From Tubiluchus corallicola (lineage: Eukaryota > Animalia > Priapulida), in the NCBI GenBank assembly GCA_030141605.1, contig JAQGDQ010000796.1:1-64000 (forward strand): DNA of 64,000 bases, read 5' to 3'. The stretch's first letter is position 1; each line of letters starts with the position of its first letter. Shown here in pieces: positions 13,350 to 28,616 of this stretch. The notes below the pieces were generated by a model. The model saw only the letters and a program-made list of their open reading frames with translations. It ran no database searches and was not told where the DNA came from. Both the position numbers and the translations under genes were made by a program.

Positions 13350-13397
<48 letters not shown>

Positions 13398-13498
13398 AGG
13401 CAGTATGTTTGCGTAAAGCAAAAAAATGTTACCTTTGGAGGGTGAGGCCCCGGGGAAGTATCCCCACTTACCCCCCCCCCCCCCTGAAATAGGCCCTG
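12978..13498. mobile_element. hAT-superfamily MITE carrying an internal (GA)n tract
   Basis: 15-bp TIRs CAGGGCCTATTTCAG / CTGAAATAGGCCCTG. Perfect 8-bp TSD CTGCTGTG at 12970-12977 and 13499-13506. Confidence 0.9.
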
Positions 13499-14075
13499 CT
13501 GCTGTGTATGCGTATTTCTTAACCAATCAGTGAAATTCATAGCTATACTACAGAATATGTAAGTAATAACTACTACATTTTGTCCCATAGAAATCATGTA
13601 TTTAGGAAAAGTACAACATTTAATGCTATATTGCTATGGAACAAAACACCTGGCAATATTACAGCATAAACTTGGTGTTATTCGTGTGTTATATATATCA
13701 AATATAAAACATATAATATGAAGCTTACAAGTATTTAGTCACGCTAGTTATTATTAAACGTCTATACAATATATTATATGTTACTTTTATATTGTTCCAA
13801 CATCAAATATTTGAACCTTCTTATTTTTTTTAGGTAACTGTTCAACTTTAGTATAAAATACTTGTTTATATCTAGTCTAGGTAATAAATTGTTCAGATCA
13901 CGTAGGTTACAGTTACTCTGGGAATCGACTAGATAGCTTCCCCCCCCCTTCACATATTTACAGTGAGGTCACTTGTGTAAAATAAAACATTCTGCTTGCT
14001 ATCCTTGGTGAAATTAACATTCTTAATTTTCCAATATTCTTAACAGGATTGTATACGCATTTCTAGAAACCAACA

Positions 14076-14907
14076 AAAATGTAACAAAATAGCAAGAAGA
14101 AACGTGTCAAAAATGTAACAAATTAGCAAGAAGAAACGTGTCAAAAATGTAACAAATTAGCAAGAAGAAACGTGTCAAAAATGTAACAAATTAGCAAGAA
14201 GAAACGTGTCAAAAATGTAACAAATTAGCAAGAAGAAACGTGTCAAAAATGTAACAAATTAGCAAGAAGAAACGTGTCAAAAATGTAACAAATTAGCAAG
14301 AAGAAACGTGTCAAAAATGTAACAAATTAACAAGAAGAAACGTGTCTAAAATGTAACAAATTAGCAAGAATAAACGTGTCAAAAATGTAACAAATTAGCA
14401 AGAAGAAACGTGTCAAAAATGTAACAAATTAGCAAGAAGAAACGTGTCAAAACGTAACAAATTAGCAAGAAGAAACGTGTCAAAAATGTAACAAATTAGC
14501 AAGAAGAAACGTGTCAAAAATGTAACAAATTAGCAAGAAGAAACGTGTCAAAAATGTAACAAATTAGCAAGAAGAAACGTGTCAAAAATGCAACAAATTA
14601 GCAAGAAGAAACGTGTCAAAAATGTAACAAATTAGCAAGAAGAAACGTGTCAAAAATGTAACAAATTAGCAAGAAGAAACGTGTCAAAAATGTAACAAAT
14701 TAGCAAGAAGAAACGTGTCAAAAATGCAACAAATTAGCAAGAAGAAACGTGTCAAAAATGTAACAAAATAGCAAGAAGAAACGTGTCAAAAATGTAACAA
14801 ATTAGCAAGAAGAAACGTGTCAAAAATGCAACAAATTAGCGAGAAGAAACGTGTCAAAAATGCAACAAATTAGCAAGAAGAAACGTGCCAAAAATGCAAC
14901 AAATTAA
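14076..14907. repeat. Minisatellite, 34-bp unit, ~24 copies
   Basis: Unit AAAAATGTAACAAATTAGCAAGAAGAAACGTGTC. Confidence 0.97.
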
Positions 14908-14985
14908 CTTTTGCAGAAATTTACAAAGAAACTTATCTTATTAAATTATCCATAGTTGGCAAATAAATGTGACTACATCGAAATG

Positions 14986-15054
14986 GAATTAATTGTCGAC
15001 CGGTTTCGAACCTTGATAATGAACAGTTTGTTCGAAACCGGTTGGCAATAATTC
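14986..15054 (+). other. ~25-bp stem / 18-nt loop hairpin (pre-miRNA-like or MITE remnant)
   Basis: ATTGTCGACCGGTTTCGAAC pairs with GTTCGAAACCGGTTGGCAAT using two G:U pairs. It is extended by GAATT/AATTC. Confidence 0.5.
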
Positions 15055-16243
15055 GCGTTTTTACAAACTTATGTTAGTACCTAATTTCTCTGTGACAAAA
15101 TCAAATAGTTCTAGTTCCAAATTCATGAAAAAGGAACAAATTCAATGAATTTCGTCCAACGAACTAAATTCCTTTACACGACAGTGCTTAGTTACTTTTC
15201 TCCGTACAGTTTACACAGCAAGTTAATGCGCTTTACATAGGCCATTGTGGCAAGACCGGAATCTTTCTCGATAAGAGTAACGCCAGGCACAAAATTGGGG
15301 GGTGTTTTGGTAACACCTCCTCTCAACCGGTGCGGTATGGCAGATGAAGCTGCACAGAACCATCTCTCCGGGCAATCATGCATTCATTCACTGGCGACAT
15401 ACAGTGTTGCTTAACTTTGCTCGCTAAACGCAAAACTCGTTCACCCATATGAATCTCGCTCATCTGCATTATTGATTTTTTGTTCAAGTGTTCTGCGTCC
15501 ATTGATCTATTGGCTTGATTGGTCGGTTGGTCGGTTGGTCGATTAGTTAGCTAACCCTAACCCTATGGTTCTTCGCTTGATCCTAAGCTGAGAGGACGAT
15601 GTGTTTTTTCACGTTTGTTTATTCGTTCATTTATTTTCTCGTTCATTCACTCGCTTGCTTGTTTGTCTGTTCATCTGTTGTTTCCGTTCTTCTGTTTATT
15701 CATTTATTTATTCACTCTTTCGTTCGACTAAGCGGACAGGAAATTATTGTTAACTATCTAGCAAATTTGACAGTGATTTGACACAGCACCCTCCACACTG
15801 TTTAATTCCGGGATTCTTAGCTCATGGATCCGCCCTTTCGTTTTACATCAACCCGTTTTACTTACTCTAACGCCCCTTAGGTGCCCCGTTACGCCCCCAG
15901 TCATAACCACGTATCGCATTAGTCCAAACTAGCACACATCAACCGCCGCTAATCCAATAGCGTTTAGACTAATGAAATTTCTATCAACATTTGGGAAAGT
16001 ATCTTTCCTACAAATGACCATATTAGGACATAATTGCTTTGTACACAGCGAAGTAATTTAATAGTAGTTGTGGCGGAGAGAAAACGTGCATACTGGGCGC
16101 GTGGTTCAACACATTAAGCAGGACGAGGTGTCGTGTAGAGAAAAACATTGGAAAGGTTGTGATGTGACTAGATTACTGATATCACTCCGCTTCTGGATAG
16201 GTTTAGAGGGCAGAGGAAGAGACTGAACGGGAGGGAGGGAGGT

Positions 16244-16643
<400 letters not shown>

Positions 16644-17045
16644 GAGGAAAAGTTAGAAAGAGATTTTACAAAGAGAAACGACGAAGCCAAATTAATTTTA
16701 AGCAATAACAACCTCTAACTGCTTTAAACAGACACATTTGTGCACATATTAGTAGGCTGGCCTAACCACGCCCTTGTAACATCACCCCTCTTTGAGCTTA
16801 TCGGATTAACAAGAGATTTCTATTGTTGCGAAGCCACAGTAAATAAGTGTAATTCTCTCAGCATAGCAGCATATGATGCTGAGGTGTATAATTACCGTTA
16901 ATCAGACTAAGAACCATGTATAGCAGCTTAGCTAGTAGCAATAGACGTTTATAAGCTGACTGTTTTATCATAATCATGGCTGCTATACAGCAGAAAATAG
17001 GAAATCCGAGAGATGGATGAGATCCGGGAGATGGATCAGAGTAAA

Positions 17046-17604
17046 AGTAACTGTGGATTTCGATTTGAGTCTGTTGAACACTTTTTGTTCCACTGCCCAT
17101 TGTATCAACAAACTAGGGTTGTTGTGTTTGATAAATTAAATGCAATACTTCTGCCTGAAAACCTTAATATAGCTGCCTTAGGAACTAATGATCTGTTGAA
17201 GTTGTTATTATTCGGAAATGATGAATTTAACTATGTTGCTAACTGTAAAATATTCCAATGTATACATGACTTTATATTACATACTAAACGTTTCCAGTAG
17301 TTTCTATCTGATATAAAATGCATCAATCTTAAATATTCGTACATTAATGTTTTCTAACCGTCATTTTCTACTAATGTCTAGTGTAATCTTGTAGTAAAAC
17401 TTGTCAGCTTGTGTAGTTATAGTCTATTCTTACTGTAAATGGTACTAATGTCTAATGTAATCTTGTAGTAAAACTTATCAGCTTGTGTAGTTATAGTCAA
17501 TTCTTACTGTAAAAGTTTTTGTAAATCGCGTATAAAGTCTGTTGTGGTGAGGATCCTAAATCATGCTGTTCAAACTGTCTGATCCAATCCTATAATAAAC
17601 TAAC
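17046..17604 (+). mobile_element. Non-LTR family A 3' end with internal ~75-bp duplication in the UTR
   Basis: Encodes NCGFRFESVEHFLFHCP...HTKRFQ*. The segment TACTAATGTCTA...CTGTAAA occurs twice (17368-17515). Confidence 0.85.
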
Positions 17605-18167
17605 TAGTAAAATGTCACTGTATTACAATCCCAGTGTGCAGCATTGGCTCACCAAACATGTATTAACCTTATGAACAAGAAAATCTAATTTATACTTTTA
17701 CTGAATTAATGAAAACTTAGTGTACGTCACCACTGCCTCTGATTATTTTTTCAAACTTTACTCAATGTTATTTAAACTTGTTTCAAACAACATATCGTCA
17801 AAATGGCTGCGTTTAACAGTCATCGCTGCAGTTAAAATTTACAAGTTTGATACAGCGTTACTGCTAATGCAAGCTCTCTATCTAATAAGACAGCATGTTA
17901 GTGATATAAAATTTCAAGACGAATTTTATGCTTCACTTATGAATTCTGTTTCCTTGTCCTTTAAACAACGTCGTTAGAAACGGACATTTCGGGAGAACGT
18001 CGAGGCAATTCCTTCTGAGGCATTTCCGGTAGTACATTTTTCACGCTTCAGAATCGCCACTTAGAAGACTCAACTTGATAAAAACATCAGCTTGAGTATC
18101 GTCTCTCACATCTGTAACATGGCAGCAATGTCGGATAGCGAATTGTGTGGAAAAAAATCAGGTGACG

Positions 18168-18300
18168 TCACTCAGTGGTGGCGTGGTGGCGTGCTCGCTT
18201 CCCACCCGGACGACGCGGGTTCAACTCTTGATCGAGTCATATCAAGACTTAAAAAATAGCGTCGCTAGTTGTTCGACTAAGTGGGGCGGGTCTATCGAAA
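18168..18300 (+). mobile_element. Degenerate tRNA-derived SINE
   Basis: A-box-like TGGCGTGGTGG and B-box-like GGTTCAACTC. The following GTCATATCAAGACTTAAAAAAT resembles the body of the 7.6-kb SINE. Confidence 0.45.
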
Positions 18301-18397
18301 TAAAGTGCAGGTAATAATAATCAGGACCACCTTGAAAATAAGCGTTGAGTTACTCAAAGTATTATCCCTGGAATATGTCCTAAACGAGATTATTAGT

Positions 18398-18403
18398 ATT
18401 ATT

Positions 18404-18439
<36 letters not shown>

Positions 18440-18806
18440 ATTATTATTATTATTATTGTTGTTGTTGTTGTTGTTGTTGTTATTATTATTATTATTATTA
18501 TTGTTGTTGTTGTTGTTGTTATTGTTGTTATTATTATTATTATCGTTATCGTTATCGTTATCGTTATCGTTATCGTTATCGTTATCGTTATCGTTATCGT
18601 TATCGTTATCATTATCATTATCATTATCATTATCATTATCATTATCATTATCATTATCATTATCATTATCATTATCATTATCATTATCATTATCATTACC
18701 ATTATCATCATCATTATCATTATCATTGTTATTATCATTTTTATTATTATTATTATTATTATCAAGATCATGATTATCATCTTCATCATCATCATCATCA
18801 TCATTA
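18398..18806. repeat. Compound trinucleotide/hexanucleotide microsatellite (GTT/ATT/ATCGTT/ATCATT)
   Basis: Direct observation. Confidence 0.97.
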
Positions 18807-19379
18807 TATAGTATAATGGTCAAGAATTAATTGTAAATTATGGGTTCAAAACGCCAGATAGAAAAAACGCGCATGGAGACTTTCTTGTCCTGGGTCAAGG
18901 CTAGATCGTATGTATAATAAGTTTTACCCCTTAGGATAGTTAGAAATATCTATTGCTGACCGTTGGCGTGAAAATTTTTAAATATTTGCGTCACTTATTT
19001 AGGCCAATTAAAACGTGTCGGCCAGTATATATAGCGGAAGTACAACAGTGAACGCAGGAAGTGCGATTGAATCGTGACGCATGCGCAGTAACGGACCAGC
19101 AGCGCCTGCTGATCACGTGAATGATTTCAATTCAATTACGTGGACGAATTATTTTCCAACGCCAAAAATACCAGTAACACAAACTCTTTAAATCAATTAC
19201 ATTGTTATTACTGATTCAGCCAGTCACAGGGGAGTAAAGCTTCAAATTACTTTGTGCTCAGCAGCAATAATTATCACATTATCACAGTAAATTACTCACG
19301 CTAAAGCTTGTTCATTATTAATCATAGCTAGGGGCAAGAGTTATAGGAGAAGAACAAGGGACCAAGCAAAAGGACAACA

Positions 19380-19618
19380 CGAGAAAACAGATGGATAATA
19401 GAATGGAAAGAGAGAACAAGTGATGATGATGATGATGATGATGATGATGACGACGACGACGACGATGATGATGATAATCTGAAGAAAATGAGATTTATTG
19501 GAAAAGTAAAATTTAAATTTAAATTTAATAGAAATTGAACAGAAACAAGCAGAATAAAAGAGATGGATAATAGAACACAAAAAAGAAAGCAAGTGTTGAT
19601 GATGATGACGATGATGAT

Positions 19619-19650
<32 letters not shown>

Positions 19651-19769
19651 TAATCTGAAAAAAAAAGATTTATTCAAAAAGTAAAAGAAAATCAAAATTC
19701 AATAGAAATTGAGCAGAAACAAGCAGAAGAAAAGAGATGGATAATAGAACAGAAAAAGAAAACAAGTGT

Positions 19770-19818
<49 letters not shown>

Positions 19819-20085
19819 AATGATAATCTGAAGAAAATAGAAGAAAGAAGTTTTATTGGAAAAATAAACGGAAATCAAACTTCAATAGAAACTGAACAAA
19901 AACAAGCAGAAGTTGCAACGGCATAAGTGAAAATAAAAGAGAGAAAGAAAGACGAAAGTACAATAGAAGAAAACAGATGGATAATAGAATGGAAAAAGAC
20001 AACACGACGACGACGACGACGACGATGATGATGATGTTGATGATGATGGTGATGGTGACGACGACGACGATGATGATGATGATGT

Positions 20086-20126
<41 letters not shown>

Positions 20127-20157
20127 TAATGATGTTGATGATGATGGTGATGATGAT

Positions 20158-20198
<41 letters not shown>

Positions 20199-20457
20199 TG
20201 ATGATGAAGATGATGAAGATGATGATGATAATCTGAAGAAAATAGAAGAAAGAAGTTTTATTGGAAAAATAAACGGAAATCAAACTTCAATAGAAACTGA
20301 ACAAAACAAGCAGAAGTTGCAACGGCATAAGTGAAAATAAAAGAGAGAAAGAAAGACGAAAGTACAATAGAAGAAAACAGATGGATAATAGAATGAAAAA
20401 AGACAACACGACGACGACGACGACGACGATGATGATGATGGTGATGGTGACGACGAC

Positions 20458-20514
<57 letters not shown>

Positions 20515-20544
20515 GATGATGATGATGATGGTGATGGTGACGAC

Positions 20545-20581
<37 letters not shown>

Positions 20582-20598
20582 GTGATGGTGACGACGAC

Positions 20599-20632
<34 letters not shown>

Positions 20633-20760
20633 TTGATGATGATGACGATGACGATGACGATGATGATGATGGTGATGGTGATGATGACGATGATGATGAT
20701 GACGATGATGATAATCTGAAGAAAAGAAAAGAAATAAATTTCATTAAAAAAGTAAAAGCA
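19380..20760. repeat. Higher-order repeat: A-rich spacer + (GAT/GAC)n tract, ~5 units
   Basis: AGATGGATAATAGAA...(GAT)n...ATAATCTGAAGAAAA recurs at ~19389, 19561, 19735, 19975 and 20379. Confidence 0.9.
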
Positions 20761-21252
20761 AGACTGGCTCTACCACTGGGTAAACTAGGCAGTTGCCTTG
20801 GGCGCCAAATTTGCGGGGGAGTCAAATTGTTTGAAATATTAAAATTGAATTTCGTCCCAACAACCACTATGCTCTACGTCACCCATTTCTTTTAAGTGCT
20901 ACACGACTGTGGTACAATAGTTTTTTTTCCAAAAAGACATCCGCCTATGGAATAGTTTATCAATTGAAAACAGACAAACTTTTCTTGCTGCATTTGCCTT
21001 TAAAAGTAGATTGTTGTACCTATGGGGGAGTTTGTACTAAATCAGTATCCCTCAGTTATAATAATGATCGAAGTAATGAGATTTCAACAAATAGATTAAT
21101 TGCAAATTTTCACAATTAAAATGTGACTTGCTTTCTTGGAATATTATCGATGAAATTTCATGTAGTTGCAACAATTCAACTGAGAGCCCCGCCATTATTA
21201 GTTTATTAGTTTACTGTGTTGTTTTTTTGTTTGCTTGTTTGTTTAATGTTTT

Positions 21253-21516
21253 TGACTGACTGACTGACTGACTGACTGACTGATTGCCTGCTTGACCGAC
21301 TGACTGACTGACTGACTGACTGACTGAGTGACTGACTGACTGACTGACTGACTGACTGACTGACTGACTAACTGACTGGCTGACTGACTGACTGACTGAC
21401 TGACTGACTGACTGACTGACTGACTGACTGCTTGACTGACTGACAGACAGACTGACTGACTGACTGACTGACTGACTGACTGACTGATTGCCTGCTTGAC
21501 TGACTGACTGACTGCT

Positions 21517-21548
<32 letters not shown>

Positions 21549-21660
21549 TGACTGACTGACTGACTGACTGACTGACTGACTGACTGACTGACTGACTGAC
21601 TGACTGACTGACTGACTGACTGACTGACTGACTGACTGACTGAATGTATGAATGAATGAA
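21253..21660. repeat. (TGAC)n microsatellite
   Basis: Direct observation. Confidence 0.97.
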
Positions 21661-22900
21661 TAGATGAACAACAGACTGACTGATTGATTGAATGATTAAC
21701 TGATTAATTTGGTTGCTTTGTTGACTGACTGACGGTTGGTTGGTTCGTTGGTTAGCGGTGTTTGATTGGTTGGTTAGTTATTTAGCTGGCTGTTTGATTG
21801 GCTGGTTGATTTGCTGCTTAACTGGTGGTTGTTTGGTAGGTTGGTTTATTGGTTAGTTGGCTGATTTGCTTGCCTGCTTTGTTCTTACTTAACTTTGTTA
21901 ATCCCGTACGTGCATTCAGTACTAGCAACAAGGTGCAATCACCTGATTGGCTGATCACTCCCGTTCACCTGTAGAAATGTTTTCACTCAGCATTAAAGCA
22001 ATGATTGAACGTAATTTCATCAGCAGCCATCATTGCAAACACTTCACCCGAGTACTCAGTAAATCAAACCAACACCCTTCACACTGCGCATGCGCAAACT
22101 CTACGAGCACAGCTACAACGACCCCAATTTCATCGGAAAAGGTGCAGAAAGAAATATGATAATTTCACCACTCTAGGGGCTTTTAGACTTTTTCCAAGAT
22201 AGCACAGCTACACGAAAAGTGACGTATCTATGACCTGTGCTCTCTCCACGTCATAGACTTCAGCAGCCCCCTCCAATTGAGGCATTAATTTGGATAATTG
22301 CACTAATATTTGTATTACGCTGTTGACATGGCGCGAGGCTCTTGGGGGACAAAATAAAACAAATTTTGGCTTCCTTTAAAAATATGAGTGTGGCATGCGT
22401 TGAAAACTTGCTACAGCATAATAATAACATCGCCTTATTAGGAAAAACCAAAAGCAGAAAATGAACAGAACGAGAAAAAAGCTACCCATGCTTTCTGAGT
22501 AACATTCCCTTCATGCCTGCAGTGAAGTTTGCGTTTGTCAGTGGCGGGTCTCTAATAGGCATTTGTGGTTTATTGGAATGGGAAGAATTTTCTTTGGGCA
22601 CTTTACAGCTGGGTAAGTGGGTTCTCAGTATACTGGATGGCGCAGAAAAAATGTACCGAAGTTTAGATTAGAAGCAATGTCTTACAAAAGTTGAAATCTT
22701 ATAGCGTGTTACAAAAGTTACAAGCTTATAGTTGTAGTGGTTTTTTAGATATATCCATAATATTTGCATATTAAAAGAATCTGTTCATTCAATCATTCTT
22801 TCATTCATTCATTCAGTCAGTCAGTCAGTCAGTCAGTCAGTCAATCATCTATTAATTAATTAATTAATGTCAGCTAATCGTGAATCGAAAAACACTTATA

Positions 22901-23452
22901 ACCATTTCTCTAAAGGCTGTAAAGATAATAACGGTCATCCAATATTGCCGAATTGTAACTGTGGATTTCAATTTGAGTCTGTTGAACACTTTTTGTTGCA
23001 CTGCCCATTGTATCAACAAACTAGGGTTGTTATGTTTAATAAACTAAATGAAATACTTCTGCCCAAAAACCTTAATATAACTGCCTTAGGAACTAATGAT
23101 CTGTTGAAGTTGTTATTATTCGGAAAAGATGAATTTAACTATGTTGCTAACTGTAAAATATATCAATGTATATATGACTTTATATTACGTACTAAACGCT
23201 TCCAGTACTTTCTATCTGATGTAAAATGCATCAGTCTTAAATTATCGTACATTAATATTTTCCAACCGTCATTTTCTACTAATGTCTAATGTAATCTTGT
23301 AGTAAAACTTGTCAGCTTGTGTAGTTATAGTCTATTCTTACTGTAAATGTTCTTGTAAATAGTGTATAAAGTCTGTTGCGGTGAGGATCCTAAATCAAGT
23401 TGTTCAAACTGTCTGATCCAATCCTAAATAAATTATGTATAAACTAAACTAA
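22901..23452 (+). mobile_element. Non-LTR family A 3' end
   Basis: Encodes SKGCKDNNGHPILPNCNCGFQFESVEHFLLHCP...TKRFQ. (TAAAC)n tail. Confidence 0.85.
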
Positions 23453-23859
23453 GGAAAGAACAAGTCACTCAGTATGTGCGGCAAGGATACGCAAGCGGAA
23501 AACCACGATGCAGTTACGAAAAAATTACGAGGTCCACCAACTACGTCATAATTTTAAGTGAATGACGACTAACCCCGCGCCCGAAAATTTCTATACAACT
23601 GTACCTAGTAGGCTATAAATTAACCTTATGCTTTATAGACAATTTTTCAAAATTTCTTTTCTATATTTTGCTAAGTTAAACATGCTGAGTGACTTGTTTT
23701 TTTTTTCATTTAAACAGAATATAGTCCTCGGCCATCTGTGAAAGACTGTTGATAATAGAAGTTTTAGATATTATAAAGCACTTGTATAGGTGTATACTTT
23801 TTACGTATTTTTCATGTAATTCATGAATTAGTTGACGAAATAAAAACAAAAAAGAGGAG

Positions 23860-24505
23860 TAGCGGCCGAAACGCGACTCTCAAGTTCCTCCTGATGACTC
23901 CAAAAACCTGTATTTGTATTTGTCTTTTGTCTTCCTTACTCCTTTCATAAGATATTCCTTGCAAAATATTATAACTATACGTATACAAAATTTCTCTCCA
24001 TTAATACAAACTATTTTATGATTATAATTACACTCCTACAAAAATGAGAATATAATCACCTCTTAAAAAACTAAAACTATAATATGTAAACCTACTCTCA
24101 TGACCTTCTTTCACCAAACTTCCTGTTTTTTATTGCTATCATGTTCTTACAGACCTACCTTACTTTTCCTTTTTCACATTTATTACATAATTCTTTTCTC
24201 TCTAGTACAAACTACATATACTAACAAATGCCAGGTGCCACTAGCTGGTCGGCCGCTGCTTAACGATATATTTCAGTGCAACCTAAAGACATGTCCTCGC
24301 ACCTAGCATAACCTCTTTGGTTATCGTATTTCTAGGACAAATTTTTACATTGGTTTTCATAAATAAAAACCCCAATCTAATCTAGCTGATGTTAAGGGCA
24401 CATAGGAACTAGTGTTACTGATACACTAATACATCTGTCAGTCAACAAAGCAACCAAATTAATCAGTTAATCATTCAATCAATCAGTCAGTCTGTTGTTC
24501 ATTCA
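23860..24505. repeat. ~640-bp direct repeat, copy 1 (copy 2 at ~26763-27405)
   Basis: Colinear, highly similar sequence from GCCGAAA...GACTCTCAAGTTCCTCCTGATG to CAGTCTGTTGTTCAT. Confidence 0.9.
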
Positions 24506-25769
24506 TTCATTCATTCATTCATTCATTCATTCATTCGTTCATTCGTTCATTCGTTCATTTATTTATTAATTCATTCAGTCTGTCAGTCAGTCAGTCAGTC
24601 ACGTAGTATTATATGTAGAACAATCGTAATGAGTAGACGAAATTAAATAGGGGAGATTAAAGTTAAGTTAGAATTCTCGTTAACAGCGTGCGTTTAGCAA
24701 CTAAAGTTAAGCAATGTCACGCCGGGTCAGTAAACGTATGAGTGACCTAGGAAAAACATTCATTTCGGCGGTCTCGTCTACCATGTTTACATCGTCAACA
24801 AAGGGGACATGTAAATCAGAACATTCTTGTATGCTTAGTATCATTATTCACGTCCTTGGTAATATAAAGATTCCGGTACTACCACAACAATCAAATCAAG
24901 GCGGACCCAGCATTATAGCATCACGTTCCTGTTTACAGAAACTACAGCTTCATCAAAAGGCGGGAGCAAAAAAGTGCGTTTACACCAGACACGTGAAAAA
25001 CGCTGACATCAGCGCTGACATATCATTACAGCTTGGCTTCTTTACCTTCTCCGCGGCTTCGTGACAAGTCCCAACACGCAAGCGACTTTCACAGGCCTCC
25101 CGTCTTCCTCAGCAATTACGCGATATTAATCAATTATCCTAAACTAATTATCAAATTAGCGTAATTGGCCGGTTATTTTGCGGTAAAATTGGTTTGATAA
25201 TGACTCAGTAGCTCTCGGCGGGTACGAATGAAGCTGTCTTAATTAGGTTATGTCTAAACAGAGAAAATCATCGTGAACTAGCCATACACACACACAGGGT
25301 ACCACATGATGCTGCAAAAATTGCAAATTGCATTGAGCGCGACTAATGAATTTTTAACAAATTAGGAAAAAATTGGAAGCGTTTTTGAAATAATTACTGC
25401 AAAACTGTGAAAAAATGACTCATTCAAAATTAGTGCAAAATTAAGACTTGTAGATTTAGATGAAGTTTAAATAAGTATGGTGACATGATATAATGTAATA
25501 GAGTAATAAAAGACGTGATAGCAACAAAATTCGTATAAGAAAAACTAACTTTACTGTGTTATATGATTATAATTATTTACTAAACTGAAGTATCTGCTGC
25601 CTTTACTTATGTATAATTTATAATATAATATTTATTGACGATTTGCAAGCCATACAATTACCGTTACAAGTTAGAAAACATTACATAAATAATGCATTAC
25701 ATTACAATGAAGAAAAAAACTACAGAGAGAAAACCCAGTGGTATAATCGTCAACACAGTATACAATAAA

Positions 25770-25822
<53 letters not shown>

Positions 25823-25891
25823 TAATAATAATAATAGTAAACGGTATTTACAGTGGTTAAATATTTCAATCACATATATTATATTTTATTA

Positions 25892-25934
<43 letters not shown>

Positions 25935-26014
25935 TTATATTATATATTATATTTAATAAAGAATAAAAATACAGCTTAAAAATCATCCTTAATTCTCACA
26001 TAATGTCTCACTTA

Positions 26015-26393
26015 ATTTAAACGTAATTTATTATAGAATTGGATCAGACAGTTTGAACAACATGATTTAGGATCCTCACCACAACAGTCTATACACACTA
26101 TTTACAAGAACATTTACAGTAAGAATTGACTATAACTACACAAGCTGACAAGTTTTACTACAAGATTACATTAAATATTAGTAAAAAAATTGACTGTTTA
26201 AAATCATTATTGCATGAATATTTAAGACTGATGCATTTCATATCAGATAGAAACTACTGGAAGCGTTTAGTACGTAATATAAAGTCATGTATGCATTGGA
26301 ATATTTTACAGTTAGCAACATAATTAAATTCATCTTTCCAAATAATAACAACTTCAACAGATCATTAGTTCCTGGCGCAGCTACGTTAAGGTT
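26015..26393 (-). mobile_element. Non-LTR family A 3' end, more diverged, - strand
   Basis: Reverse complement of the 2660-3040 segment. Confidence 0.8.
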
Positions 26394-26762
26394 CTGATGA
26401 ACTGTTGAAGTCGTTACTTTCTTTGCACCACTTAAATGCTATCTTATTGCATACAGAGCTTGCGTTAGAAGTATAAAACTTCTAATTCTAAACTCCTGTG
26501 ATGACCGTTAGACGCAGCCATTTTAACGGTAAGTCGTTTGAAACAATTTAGATAACATTTCATAAAGTTTGAAAAATAATCAGAGCATTCGTAGCACACG
26601 CTTTGCTAATTTAGCGAAAGTATAAATTACTTTATTTTGCAATAAGATTAGAGGTATGTTTTTTCTGGAGTGAGAGTGCATGCGCAAATCACTCAATTCG
26701 TCTCCACAAAACCTTCCATTTGGTGCACTACAATATATAGCCAGTTATCAAATGTGATAATA

Positions 26763-27405
26763 AGCAGCCGAAATTCGACTCTCAAGTTCCTCCTGATGAC
26801 TCCAAAAACCTGTATTTGTATTTGTTTTTTGTCTTCCTTACTCCTTTCATAACATATTCCTTGCAAAATATTATAACTGTACGTATACAAAATTTCTCTC
26901 CATTAATACAAAGTATTTCATGATTATAATTACCTCCTGCAAAAATGAGAATATAATCACCTCTCAAAAAACTAAAACTATAATATGTAAACCTACTCGT
27001 ATGACCTTCTTTCTCCTAACTGTTTTTTAGCGCTATCCTGTTCTTACTGACCTACCTAACTTTTCCTTTTTCACATTTATTACATAATTCTTTTCTCTCT
27101 AGTACAAACTACATACACTAACAAATTCCAGGTGCCACTTAGCTGGTCGGCCGCTGCTTTGCGATATGCTTCAGTACAACCTAAAGACACGTGCTCGTAC
27201 CTAGCATAGCATCTGTGGTTATCGCATTTCTAGGACCAATTTTTACATTGGTTTTCATAAATAAAAACCCCAATCTAATCTAGCTGATGTTAAAGGCACA
27301 TAGGAACTAGTGTTACTCATACACTAATACATCTGTCAGTCAACAAAGCAACCAAATGAATCAGTTAATCATTCAATCAATCAGTCAGTCTGTTGTTCAT
27401 CTATT
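26763..27405. repeat. ~640-bp direct repeat, copy 2
   Basis: Matches 23860-24505. Confidence 0.9.
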
Positions 27406-28015
27406 CGTTCGTTCGTTCGTTCGTACATTGATTTTCATAAACTATATATAGATAATTATCAAAAGTTTCTTACTCCCTTGCAACAATCGTTACGTTAAAT
27501 AATCAGTGAGACAAGAGAATTATGCAGATTCTGTCTTTGTGTTATCCCCAATGTTATTTCCTGTGAGATTCCTGGATTTCCTGCTGAATTATAATTTTTC
27601 AAAGTACCTGACAATCCCTACTCGAGTAAATGATACTTAACATGCAATATCATCATCTGCCAGGCAAATCTCGCAGCGATGTCTACCTTTATATCATTAA
27701 TATGGCTAATTCACTTGTATATGAGCCTGAATAATCTGGGCTTAACGTTTCCTGAGACCGTTCCATTTGGTAACGTTTTGTAAATCCATTTTTCACGTTA
27801 ATGGCGCAAGGGATGCTGGGAGATACGGGACGCTGGGATGCTGGGATGCTGAGAGAGAGAGAGGATGCTGAGATGCTGGGTTGCTGGGCTCTTGGGCTGT
27901 GAATCATGCAATAACACGACATCTATTAGCGCTGAATGAACATAATGTTATTTATAAAAAATTATTCTATGCCCGATGGCTGTTTGAGTGAAGAAAATAG
28001 TGCATAAAATAAAAT

Positions 28016-28616
<601 letters not shown>

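Noticed and set aside
15551-15565. Telomeric CTAACC repeats
   Set aside because: Only about two units; too short to be informative about telomeres or taxon.
23860-23905. Hammerhead ribozyme (CGAAAC and CTGATGA close together; also at ~26770-26800)
   Set aside because: The core motifs are present but I could not build stems I-III in any permutation. An Infernal search with hammerhead models would settle it.
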